Of a DNA stretch of 64,000 nt, positions 24,555-36,780 are shown in pieces. The stretch is from Heptranchias perlo (lineage: Eukaryota). A program made the translations under genes and the position numbers. The stretch is from assembly GCF_035084215.1 (NCBI RefSeq), contig NC_090360.1, positions 10,230,001-10,294,000 of the forward strand, read 5' to 3'. Position 1 is the first letter of the stretch. Each line of letters opens with the position of its first letter. The notes under the pieces are model-generated. The model was not told the origin of the DNA and ran no database searches. It saw only the letters and a list, made by a program, of their open reading frames with translations.

Positions 24555-26715
24555 AGCAGGACATAGGCTGTCAGGACGGGCAGAGAGGGGGCAGATGCAG
24601 TCCACTGCAGAGAAATGTACAATCATACATTTTGGTAATAAGAATAGGGTAAGGAAGTACATCTTACAAAATTTACAGGCAGGAAATGACCAGCTGGTCC
24701 ATCAAGTCTGCCCTGCATCGTGTACCATCTTGGCTAAACACTTCTTCCACCCTCTGCAGCCATGTAATCCCCTGGGAGAGGCAAAAAAAAACAGGGCCAA
24801 TAAAGGAAAAAATACTCTGTAAAATTTCTCTCCGACCCCCTCGGCCAATCAAAACCTTTTTTATTTCAAAATATACATTATTTCATAAAATTTAAAGATA
24901 GATGCAGTTTACGCAGTTCAAACAGAGGGCATAAGATGCAGCACAGCATTCAAAGCAATACAGTACAGGTCGTATACACTATGATCTCACTGTTACAATT
25001 TTAAAACACAGTACATATTTTCTAATACATTCTGTACAATACAAGGTGGGGTGGTTTTACCCCACAGGGCCTTTGCGTAGTTTGCAGCTCGCTTCAGTGC
25101 ATCCCGCAGCACGTACTCTGGGACCTTGGAGTGTGCCAGTCGGCAACACTCGGTCGTGGACAGCTCCTTCAGCTGGAAGACCAGCAGGTTTTGGGTGGAC
25201 CAAAGGGCCTCCTTCAGAGTTGATGGCCTTCTAGCCGCTGGTGATATCTGTCTCGGTGTGCATCCTGTGTAACTGAACTGTTGGGAATGAACCGGGATAG
25301 ATACCAACGCATCTCTCTCCGCACCCTATGCACGAAGAAGAAGTCCACCAGGAAGTGGATGACATTCTCCTCCCCGCTGCAGCCTCAAGAGCAGCCCACA
25401 GTAGTGCTGAGATTCCGTGAGTGTAGGAAGGACCGCACTGGGAGGGCCTTTCTCACCACCCTCCAGGCTACATCCTGTGCCTGTTGGTCAGTTCCGGCGG
25501 TGAGACGTTCTGCCAAATGGCATCGACCGTCTGATTGGGGAAAAGCCCAATCGAGTCCGCCCTCTCCTTGCAGGACTCTCGGGAGGTTTCGTGTCAACTG
25601 ATGGCTTTGAGGTCGAAGGGGTTCCTCCTCATGAACTTCTGGGGGAGGGGAGGGACGGTCCAGCTAGATGGAATGCCCTGCGCCTGCTCGACCAGCGTGG
25701 CCAGACCCAGCCTTCTCGGTGTGTTGGACAGGTAGAGACTCGGCACGTAGTGACACGTGGTGTTTGTGTACTGGGGCTCTACACATATCCTAAGGCAGCC
25801 ACACAAAAAAGTGGCCATTAGGATCAGAGTGGCATTGAGGACGCTCTTCCCTCCTTTTTGTCTGGGAGCTTGTATGTAGTGACCCTGCAGACACGTTCTA
25901 CCTTGGTCCTCCAGACAAAGTGGAAGAGAACTCGGGAGACCCCTCCAGGCGATTGAAACCAGTCCAGGAGATCACATGGACCAATGGAATATTAAGGTTT
26001 GAAATGGAGTAGAGGGGCAGAGGGACCTTAGGTGCAGACACACAGGTCATTAAAGGTGGAAGTGTAAATAGATAAAGCCATAAAAAGACAAACTGGATCC
26101 CTCATTTTGTATCTAAAGGCATAGAATACAAAAATAAGGAAGTTATGTTGAACTTAATTCAAGCTCTTAATTAGGCCAACTTGAAGTATTGTTTATAGTT
26201 TTGGCACCTCATTATTGGAAGGATATTAGAGCAATGGATAAGATGCAGCATAGATTTATTTGAATGTTGCCAGGGATGAAGGATTACAGTTATGAAGAGA
26301 GATTTGAGAAGCTGTGGGTTTCTTCAGTGAAGTCTGAGATGGTTAAGGTGTTACCTGATCATGGTCTTCAGGATTATGAAAGGCTACAATGAGGTAAATA
26401 GTGATAAACTGTTTCCATAGATCAGTAAGGAGAGGTTTGATCTAAGATAATTTCAAAAAGAATTAAAGGAGAAGTTACAAAATCTTCATTCAGAGTTGGT
26501 TAGAATGTGAAATTTTCTGCCACAAACCATTGTTGAAGTAGAGTACACAAGTACTTTTACAATGGAATTAAATAGCTGCTTGAAAAAGGAGGGACATTTA
26601 AGGGACGAGGAGTGAGCAGCAGAGTGGGATTAGATTAAGAGGCTCACATTGGGGGAAAACACCAGCGCAGACCTGTTGGGCCAAATGGCATGTTTCTGTT
26701 CTGTAACCTATGATT
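24555..26715 (+). mobile_element. CR1 LINE 3' fragment (24555-24670 and 25985-26715) split by nested insertions
   Basis: QMQSTAEKCTIIHFGNKN..Y continues after ~25985 as GVEGQRDLG..; ends with a CR1-type tail gggccaaatggcatgtttctgttctgtaa. Confidence 0.7.
24857..25935 (-). mobile_element. Tx1/L1-clade LINE 3' fragment
   Basis: QDVAWRVVRKALPVRSFLH (RVT zinc-binding-region-like), LKEALWSTQNLLVFQ..AKALWGK; A-rich 3' end near 24857. Confidence 0.7.
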
Positions 26716-28119
26716 GTACAGTGTTTCTTAATTCATTTTTGGAGGAGTAAGAATCAGGTCAACACTGTCAAACAGGGATGAACAGTCTGTATAGTGCTTG
26801 CATTTTGCCATTCTACTCCCGCCTACTCCTTGTTAATAACAGGCATAGGAAATTGTAATCCCTAGTGATTCATCTTCCTTAGTTAGAACAGAGTCTGGGT
26901 CTACAAAAATGTATCTCATAAATACCCAGCTTCTATCTCGCTGGCGTCAGATGGCTTTAGTCCTGGATATCAACAAAACAGTGCTATTTTATACAGTCAC
27001 ATCAGTGATGGAATGAACTGCCCCAGATTTCCACAAAACTATGTGGTGTCCGTGTTGGAAATTAATCTGAGTTGAAGCACAATGTAACAGACAGAGCCTG
27101 TAAAACTCAGACGGCGTTTAACTGAATTTAGACTGTCGAGCTAGATGATCAGACACCTTCTATGCACCGAAGGATGTGACAGTTAAAAGGACATATGCCT
27201 TCATTGCTTATTGAGTAGTTAATGTACAGAAGCTGCCCCATTTCTGCTGCATGCACCCAACATGCCTCATACGGTGATTATGCCATAGCACTCCCGTTAG
27301 AGAGCTTTCATGTGCCAAGGTTATTTCATAAATGTTTTCTGTTTATGAATGATTCTTCATCCATAGGATTAACTTGCCTGTACCCCAAAATATCCATACA
27401 TAAAAGTGCCCCTTACCCAAAACATGAAATATTTCACTTTTATCCAAAGTTGCAATATTTCTATTTTGCTTGCTTTTGTCAAAGAAACATTTTTTTGAGA
27501 AGATATGAATTTTACAATAAAGTACTTATGGTGTATACAGTTTTTTTATCCATACAGTTATATGAATTTTAAAAAGCTGGGGACAAGAAGAAGCTTTTCA
27601 GTCCATTGAAACTCATCACTCTCAACTATATAATTCCTCCATCTTTATATCCAACTGTACTTTGAACATCCCAATGGTTTTGTTTCTCTTACCCTGGCCA
27701 ACAGACTATTCCAAACATTTAGCACTCTGAATAAATTGTTCTTGATGTATTAAATTTACTTTTACCTGATTTTACACTCATTTCCTTTTGAACTAATCCT
27801 TAAATTCTGGCATAAGATAAATATAGGGAGAGATAGCAGAGGAAAAAATCTGATTAATAGGAGGCATTTAGAAAGGAAGCAAAAGGGGAGATTAGGACGA
27901 CAAAGGGAATATGATTGCCAATCAGCCTACAGGGAAATACCATGAACTTTTAGAAAGACATAAATGGAAGACTACTCAAAGAAGGAGTTGGAGATAGAGA
28001 GTTGTCTCATACGTCAGAATGAGGAAATTATGGAGGTGCTTAATAAGTATCTATGTAATAGTAGTCAGATAATCTCCTGCACTGGCTCCTCTTCCACCCC
28101 TGTATCATTATTTCTTGAA

Positions 28120-29050
28120 TCTCAAGGATCTTTCCTTGGCTGCCACCTCTTCCTCATCCACATGCTGCCCCTTGCTGACATTATCTGCAGACATGGTGTC
28201 AGCTTCCATATGTACAGTGATGACACGCAGCTCTTCTTCTCCACCATCTTCCTCAACCCCACCACTGCCTCTGTGTTGTCAAACTGCTTGTCCAAGATCC
28301 AGTCTTGAATGAGCTGAAATTTCCTCCAATTAAACATTAGTAAGACTTAAGCAATTGTCTTTGGCTGCCACCACAAACTCTGAATGCTTGCCATTGATTC
28401 CATAACCTTCACTGACCACTGCCTCAGACTGAACCAGACTGTTTGCAACCTCAGCAACCAATCTTAAATCCTCACCATCACAGAGACCACCTACTTCCAC
28501 CTCTGTATCATCACCTGTCCCCACCCCTTCTTTGTCTTTGTCACCTCACTATTCCAAAGCTCTCCTCGCCAGCCTCCCATGCTCCACCCTCTGTAAACTT
28601 CAGCTCATCCAAAACCCTGCTGCCCATATACTATCCCATCTCAAGTCCTGCTCACCCATCACTCCTGTCCTTGATGACTTGTCTTGGCTCCCAGTTCCCC
28701 AGTGCCTCTAATTAACCCCCTGTTTAAATCTTTTCTTGGCCTTTCCTATCTCTACAACCTCCTTCAGCCCTCTGCCCCCAAACTCTTCATTCCTCTGACT
28801 CTGGCCTTTGGTGCATTCCCCTATCCCATCACCCTATCTCAGCCACGCCTTCAGCCACCTAGACCCCTGCCTGAACTCCTCCACCTCCCCACCTTTAAGA
28901 CGCTCCTTAAAACCCACCTCTGGCCAGAGTTTTAGTCACCCCTCCTAATCCCTCGTTTTTTTGTGTGTTGGAGTCCTTTTACTTTTAATTACTCTGAAGG
29001 GTCTTGGGACGTTTTTCTACGTTAAAGGCATTGTATAAATGCAAGTTGTT
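28120..29050 (+). mobile_element. L2 LINE 3' fragment
   Basis: FHMYSDDTQL (YADD-like), SxMxxNFLQLN, tail gtataaatgcaagttgttgt. Confidence 0.75.
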
Positions 29051-30193
29051 GTAATAACCTTGAATTTCGTGGGTCGTCTTTCTTTGTGCGAAGCATTTAA
29101 ACACCTGTGATACGTTAGCTGAAAAGAATGCAGTGGAACCACACTGTTATCGCTCCTCTGTCCAAAATAAAACACAGAAGGATAAAACCTTTGATGCAGT
29201 GCACAAAAGAAATCAGAAATCAAATCAGTTTGTACTTGGCAGATAATTTCCACAATCTTTTGACCAGAGCCATTCTAAAAGCTTATAAAAACCAGCAACC
29301 CACTTTTCAATTAGTACAACGATGAGATTAAATGTCACATGCATACAGGTGAATCCGCTACTGCAAGAATGTTGGAAGTACTTCATATGTGGGCAGGACT
29401 ACCCATGTCTTAAAGATCATAAAGTCATCATTTAAAAATTAAAACGTGAAAATTTGCACTGAGCACATTAGTATGTGTTTAAAATGCAAGAATTCGCGCA
29501 CATTTATTTGGTTAGATAATATTTTCACTTACACTATTGTGTTCGTTTGCAAACACATAAATGCTTTGTCCATTTTGCTGTTTTGGTAACACAAAATGCA
29601 ATGGTGAATATACAAAATGATTAGAGCTGTGAAGAATTTCAACCAAGTTTTTTTCCCTGTCGTCTACGAAATTCAAGAATAATTTCAAATTAAGGGCAAC
29701 AAAAAGGGGCAATCGGTGCAATGGTTTTCAGCAAAAGTGTGAACAACTTGCCGACAGGAAACTGAGGGGGTTCAAAAAGGATTGGACATGTCCCCTGTTA
29801 GCGGGTAGAATTCAGGGTTATTAGATTCTAGGTTAATTTTGTGGGAAATTGGGTGCGTAGGTTAGATAGTGCAATGACCTAGTCCTGCCTGAAAATAATA
29901 GTTACCGGACAGTCATTAAGGATCACAGCGTATTATAATTTACTGTTTTCTAAAAAAAATGACAGGATTTTAATAGTGTGGTTAAGTCCTAACTGGGGCT
30001 TATTCATCTTCGCGACTAATGTGGTTTCCTTGTGATCCTACTGTTCGCCCCCATTGATCAGCGCAGACACCTCCAAATGCAAATGCTCTAAGTACAAAAT
30101 TAACTTTTCCCTCCCTCTTTCTCTAGATTTAGCACGGGGTTTAAGGTCAAACGCGTTTTCCCCCCATGCACACAATACATCTCATACAGAGTT

Positions 30194-30316
30194 CATTAAT
30201 TGGATAGCAGCAGGCTGATGAATGTACATGGTGCTGTCATAAATCAATTCGTGGCCACTTAAAAAAGGCTACCTCAGCCGAATGAAAATAAGGAAGCACA
30301 ATTAAAAGAATTAGCC
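30194..30316. promoter_or_regulatory. Candidate homeodomain enhancer cluster
   Basis: TGATTTATGACAG (Pbx-Hox + Meis composite, minus, 30234-30246), TTAAGTGG Nkx site (minus, 30255-30262), CATTAATTG and paired AATTA motifs. Confidence 0.4.
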
Positions 30317-31497
30317 CAGGAGTTCGATCAAAATGGTACGATTTGTCACTTTGCTTTTGGTTTGTCATTATGTTACACTTATCAATCTTGTCGCAGTGGG
30401 AATCCTGAGATAACAGAATTGCGCTGCAAGGACCTCCGCATAATCTGCCTGTTTTACTAATTGCAATGATCTCCCCACCAAGTGCTTTAAGATTTTTTGT
30501 TTAGAAATCGTTTCCTTTATTTTGTTTGCAGTACAGACTCCACTGAACTCAGCGAGGTGCAATGAATCGCGACCCTCTGTTATATCAACAAGAATTAACG
30601 AGATCTCAAAACAAAGCAGCATTGGGAGTCTGGGTAGATCCAATTAAAACCCCTCGGTTAAAGATGATTGAACAAAACACTCGGGCCAGGGATTTTACAC
30701 TTGCCTTTGTCTTTGTTCACAGCTTGGAATCCGGCCCCCTGTCCAATGATAAACACATTTCAGCACAAAATATGTCAACAGGATGCTTTTAGCACTTGTT
30801 AGGAAATTCATGTTTTGTTAATTCCGCCGGTTCCATCAAAAATAGAGATCACAGAGGGAGCCCTACATTTTGCTATATTTTTGTGGAAAAAAGAGACACT
30901 TCGAATTAAAATCTACAATATATTTACAGATATATTCAAAGCTATTTGGTCGTTAAGTTTTTAAAAAAAATTTAAAATGTGCATTTTCAAATTACGTAGA
31001 ATTAAATAAAATTTTACAGCACAGAAACAGGCCATTCGGCCCAACACATCTATGCCGGTGTTTATTCTCCACACGAGCCTTCTCCCACCCTACTTCATCT
31101 CACCCTCAACTTAACCTTTAATGTATGATTTATATTAAATATACCCTCATTCAATGCTGCCTCTGTGGCGACCTGATTTGTTGTGGGACAGGCCAGTAAA
31201 ATGTTTCAATAGTTTGAACAATCTGCGAAGAAATTGCGGATTTAAGTGAATACTGTGTATGCAAATAGGTTTCGATTTAAATAATTTAAAAAAAACAAAG
31301 TGCACCATTTACTTGAAATTCGATTGTTAAAGTAAACAAAACTTTTTTTTTTACAAAAGTTTTTTAAGCAACAATATAATCATGGGCATTAAACTATATT
31401 GTTAGATTCCAATACAAATGAACCTCTGGTGAACTTTAAAGGAAAAGGTTGCAGCTGCACAGCCCCGTGTTGTTGATAAATTTGGTACCTGGGCGGA

Positions 31498-31518
31498 TTC
31501 AGCACCATGGAGAGCGCC
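31498..31518 (+). promoter_or_regulatory. RE1/NRSE (REST/NRSF binding site)
   Basis: TTCAGCACCATGGAGAGCGCC versus consensus TTCAGCACCnnGGACAGCGCC (one mismatch); extra right half-site GGACAGCTCT at 31541; upstream of VAChT/CHAT, known REST targets in mammals. Confidence 0.88.
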
Positions 31519-32956
31519 CATTGCCGCTCTGTCAAACGCTGGACAGCTCTGAGGCTTGAGTGCCGCCACGTGGCAAAAGGCGGTAATTCAATTGAAAGCG
31601 TATTCAGTGGCACCAACAGAACCACTCTACGTTATTTCCATTGAAATAACAGTTGTTAATTGAAATTAAAATAATTCTTTCTTTTCAGACTTAGCGTCTC
31701 AATTTTGCACAATTACCAAATCAACCAACTCTAATTGTCCTGTTCAAGTACAGAATTCGCTTTTTGAATCTTTTGAATTTTAGTCAAAGAACCAATGCCC
31801 ACAACACGGGACACTGAAGAGTAAAAGGAAGCAGTGGTTGGGTGATGCCCATCCTGGATTTTAAAAGGCTGCAGTTGAAGGAAGAAGGGTAGACTGAGTG
31901 GAGATGAGGAATTGCACAGTTTATAGGTCCTGGGAAAGAATGAGTTACTGCTGGAAGAGAGTTTTCATTTCAACACAACAAAAACGCACGAAGGACAGGG
32001 TGTGTGTGGTGTATTTGGAGTTGATTAGGAATAAGGAAGGAAAATTAAGAGAACCACAAACTATAATCATGTTGGTGCAGTCGAAAAATGCAAGAAAATT
32101 TGCACTAAAGAAGCAGAGTTTGGAGACTTGGCATGAAAGGAGAGTCAGTTATAATACATCAATCTTTTTCTTGCATTCTGTCAGAGTGCGAAATAATATT
32201 TCAAGTTTTGAACAGACTTGTGAAATAAGCAAGAATACTAATTTTGAGTCTGGATCCTGCAGATTTAAGGTGTGGGCACAGTATTGTATCATTTTTTAAG
32301 TTGCAAAACCAGAGAGCCTTCTAGTAACATATGAAACAAAATAGTGCATGTTAATAAAATTCCCTTGTGATACATTGGTAATATTTCCCTTGAAATACAG
32401 CGATAAAGATGGCACCAATGAGATTAATAGTCTCAGGAGTGTCATCGCTTATAGTACTTAGATACTGGAACTCCTATGTCAGCAAAGAATCCTGTTTGTA
32501 ATTTCTAACCTTTAAAAATGACAAAAGTATATTTTATATAAAATAATATCCAGGGAGCTGGTCTGATACTCCTGCTTAGTCTGGGTGTTCAGATAGCATG
32601 TAGAAACTATAAAATAGTTTCTGATATATTCTAAATTCCTTCTTTAATTTATAGCTTGTAACTCATTCTGTGGCTTCTATTTTATATATAATTTATTATA
32701 AAATTCAATCTTCTGAGTTAAAATATATAGTAATCGAAGAAGGCGATCAATAAATAGCAAATTTGTGTGAAGGATAATTTGCTTTTTTCCTTGGCGCATA
32801 TGTACAATGTCTTTACTTTTTTTTAGCATTTTAAGGGATTAGTTAAATCTTTTTCCCATTTACATTTATTGTCTCTCTCTTAGAGTTCCACATGTCATTT
32901 AGACATCAGGCAGTGATGCAATCTGGTCTCAGGTTCCTACCTGACCTGTTCTTGTC

Positions 32957-33187
32957 TTGTAAACAATTTTACAACACCAAGTTATAGTCCAGCAATTTTA
33001 TTTTAAATTCACAAGCTTTCGGAGGCTTCCTCCTTCGTCAGGTGAACGATGTGAACATCGTTCACCTGACGAAGGAGGAAGCCTCCGAAAGCTTGTGAAT
33101 TTAAAATAAAATTGCTGGACTATAACTTGGTGTTGTAAAATTGTTTACAATTGTCAACCCCAGTCCATCACCGGCATCTCCACATCA
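32957..33187 (+). mobile_element. Fold-back Penelope-like non-autonomous element, family A copy 2
   Basis: Perfect 96-bp arms (32957-33052 / 33055-33150); same 3' tail as copy 1; 13-bp flanking duplication tgttcttgtcttg (32947-32959 / 33188-33200). Confidence 0.82.
33061..33099 (+). ncRNA. Minimal hammerhead ribozyme motif (mirror copy on minus strand at 33008-33046)
   Basis: TTCAC-CTGACGA-A-GGAG(gaagc)CTCC-GAAA-GC-T-T-GTGAA. Confidence 0.65.
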
Positions 33188-35619
33188 TGTTCTTGTCTTG
33201 GCCAATATGAGGTGTGTGAGAAAGTGGCTTGTGGTGATCCTCCCTCTATTGTTCACCCCTGTCAGGAGGAAGGCTTCTCTTCTGTTCCTTCCATTGATAC
33301 ATTCTGAAGAACAGGAACTTGTCCTGTGGGGAAAATTGGGAATATAAAACCATTTCTTATCCCTCCATGACACAGTGTGTTAGACCATAATTGGATAACT
33401 TTACCATTGCACCTTAGTGCTAATGATTTATCTTGGAAGAATTCTAGCAAAGGAATTTTGTTCAGTTCCATTATGAACTATTGGAAACAGAAAACTTGCA
33501 GTATTTACAAGTTGAGCTCAATTTTTTAAAAAAACATGAAAACAGCACCTCTTTTGGGTATGTTAAACTTTCAAGGTGATTGTAATCATTTAATTATTTT
33601 GATGTTGGCCTGTTTTTATGTGTGTGTATTAGCAGCTTTTTCCTATCACATTATAAAATAATTCCGTGAGGACAGCCAATAACCTAAGGAGTCAGTCACT
33701 TCGTTCTCACCCAATAGTCCAAGAAATGAAATGCCAGATACTCAAACACATTTACTGCTGTTTTATAAATTCTATTGCTCTTTGTTCTTGACACTAAATG
33801 CAGGGTTGACTGGGGAGTAACGGAATTGCATTAGTAAGTTAGGACCATGAAAAAGACATTGTCCAGTTCACACATCAATTTGCAGCATGGGGAATAGCTG
33901 TCCTTAGAGGAGAAACATCCATGGGGACACAGTTACATAAAGAAGGTCAGTGGGCTGCAAAAGAAAGGAACATGGTGGGACTAAAAAGTGTGTGTTGGTT
34001 TGTATTTTTCCCTGCCGTATGCAATGTAGAAGCAGGGATGATCTGTTGAGCTTTGGTCAATAAAATTACTAAAGGAATCAGATGTGAAGTTTCCCTCAGT
34101 ACTACACCAAATCAAGATGGTCAAAAATGAATAAATACATTTTCATCACTTAAACCCCTAGGGATATAATTCTATCACTTTTGCTCTGGTGATAACTGTA
34201 TTTAGTGACATGGTATGTGGTGGTGTTTCATTTAATTGCCATTGGTTATTAAAGCTGTTCTGTTTTCCTCCATATTATCCATTATGGTCACTGCTGATTT
34301 TACTACTCCACTGTCCAGAGGTTAGCTTATATTTTTGCATGTGTTCCATCCTGGAAGTGTTGATAGCAGCACACAGATGATGGGATACAGCAGACACTAA
34401 AGTTATTGTTCAATTTGTCCTCATTTTCAGCTCCTCATTGCAATCTACCTCTGCAAACTCCTTCAATCCTACATCCCACCATGTACCCTTCACTTTTCCA
34501 GTTCCGTTCTATTGTGTGTCTTCCCCCTTCCTCTGCTCCATTGTTGGTGACAGAATATTCACCCATTATGTCTGAATTCTCTTCTTACATTTCTCCACCT
34601 TTCTATCTCTTTCCCCATCTTCAAATGCCTTCCCCTTTGGTCATCTCCTGTACCTTCTCTCCTTGCTTGGTGCCCTTTGATCCCCTTGTAAAGTGCCCAT
34701 GGATGTTTTGTTCTGTGAAAGATTTTGTATGTATGTAACAAAAATAAAATTAAGATATTCAACCATGAAAGGACTCTCGTCTTACATTGGATAGGAGTCA
34801 AGAACAGCATCTGATTGTATTTTATAAATTAAAGTCTGGTATAAATTAAAGTTTTAGCAGTGCTGCATGTGTCCATCAGTCCTCACATCCCCACACAATA
34901 TGTAGTGTTGGTGACATGGATGTGTGGACAAATTTGAATTTAGCTCTGCACATTGCAACACATTTACGCCGATTGCTCCATCCAGTGCAGTGCATTTTTT
35001 ATGCTAATGATGAATAGTGGTGGCCTCAGGCCTACGTCCTTATAGAGGAACATGTGCTTTAGTGAGCCTCATGCTAGCATTTAAAGCCTGTGTTTGATAT
35101 ACTTAACAATTACATTTGCTCAAACATATTTGAAGTGAAAATAAGTTGATAAATAGCTTATTGCTGGATGTTACTGCTTCATGTGGCTACATCCATTGAT
35201 GGTCTTATGCCTATACTTCAATGACATTTTGACCAACAATAAGCTCCTTAATAACTAAGCTTCAGAGTCAAAATGTGACTGTGTGGAATCATTATTTGCA
35301 AAAATGAAAAGCATAGAATTGATAGATTCATTCACTTAGTAATATTTCTGTTTGTAGGAATGTTGGCCAACCAAGGAGGCTCTTGAAAAGGTGTCGTGAA
35401 ATGTGTGAATCTTACAGGGTTATGAAATCCCGTAGGAAGGAGTCAGGTGCAGATTAGAATTGATGAAAGTGATGCTGTGGAATGGTCATATTATCAACTG
35501 AAGAAGAGAAAGGGCATTGGATTTTTTTTCTCCAAAATCCATTCGATCATTGGCAAAACTCAACAAAATGGAACTCTGATCATTGAAGCTATGTTCCTAG
35601 TTATTCATTAGCGTGGTGA

Positions 35620-35840
35620 TGTCATTATAAAATTTGTAGACTGACAGGAAAAAAAAATGTCCATGAAAGCTCCTGGCTGTCATTAAAACCCAACTGGTTT
35701 ACTAATGCCCTTCAGAGAAGGGAACCTGCCACCCTACCTAGGTCTGACCTACATGTAACGCCAGACACACATTAGATGCTTGACTCTTAATGGCCTCTAA
35801 AGTGGACTAGCAAGCCACTCAGTTGTAAAAAAACTAATCA
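35620..35840 (+). mobile_element. Partial tRNA-derived SINE (same family as 50270-50680)
   Basis: Shared blocks aacccaactggtt.actaatg.cctt and agcaagccactcagt. Confidence 0.65.
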
Positions 35841-36159
35841 CTACAAGGCTCACATCCCAATGGGAAAATGATTTAAAAGATTTGCCTCCAGCTGTAGAGG
35901 CCTGCTCCCATTCTGCTCCTGACCTTCCCAGATCCAGAAATCCCTGAGCCCGTGCTGCCTGTTCTCCACTAAAGCCCATAACTGGCCTTAACCTAGGAAC
36001 TGGATTTTGAAATGTGGAGGTGGCATTCCCCAGACAGCTTCTCTACAACTTTGGAAAAGCCTCTGTGTTACTTAAACTATAAATGCTTTGAAAAACAAAG
36101 CCTTTCTCACATCTGATGAAGAAAAGGGTACTGAAGATTTAGAGGCTCATTCTGCGCTA

Positions 36160-36780
36160 AACCCACCTATATTGACTGCCCATGTTTTCCCCAACCCCTC
36201 TTTCTGCTTTTAGTACCCGTGTCTTCCTACTTCTCACACTTCCCCCATCTTCTTGCTGTCTCCCACCCCAAGCACACATGGCTTCCAGAGCTTCCCTCCC
36301 ACCTTTTCCTTCTTCCACCCTGAAAGCCCATTCCCTCGTACCACTCCTTCCTACTATCCCCTGCCCCAAGCACCCAAACCTTCCATCCATTCCCAAGCAT
36401 CTTTTGCTACTCCCATCCTGGATGTTCCCACCACTCCCATCTAATGCCTCTTACCCCAAGCGCCCATATATTGCCCTCTTTCTGCCCTCCCCTACTAACC
36501 TTTGCTCCTCCTGTCCTGAATGCGCATCTCTTCCCCCTGACAGTACTGCTAGGCTCCTGCTCCACTCGCCACTACTGACAAACCCATTACCACTCCCCTA
36601 TCATTTCTACCAAATCTAACATGACCCCCTAATACTGCTCCTGTTGTACCAAACCCAGCACCACCAACACTAGAATACTTAAACCCAAGACTTCTCGAGG
36701 ACTGCCAAGCCCCATAAACTGTCCTGCACTCTCAGCCCCCACTACTACTGTACACCTCTTAACCTACCTGGAACTTTGAA
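36160..36780. repeat. C/T-rich low-complexity tract
   Basis: Strong pyrimidine strand bias; no clear repeat unit. Confidence 0.5.

Noticed and set aside
36157-36619. 145-aa Pro/Ser/Leu-rich ORF
   Set aside because: Product of a pyrimidine-rich low-complexity tract.
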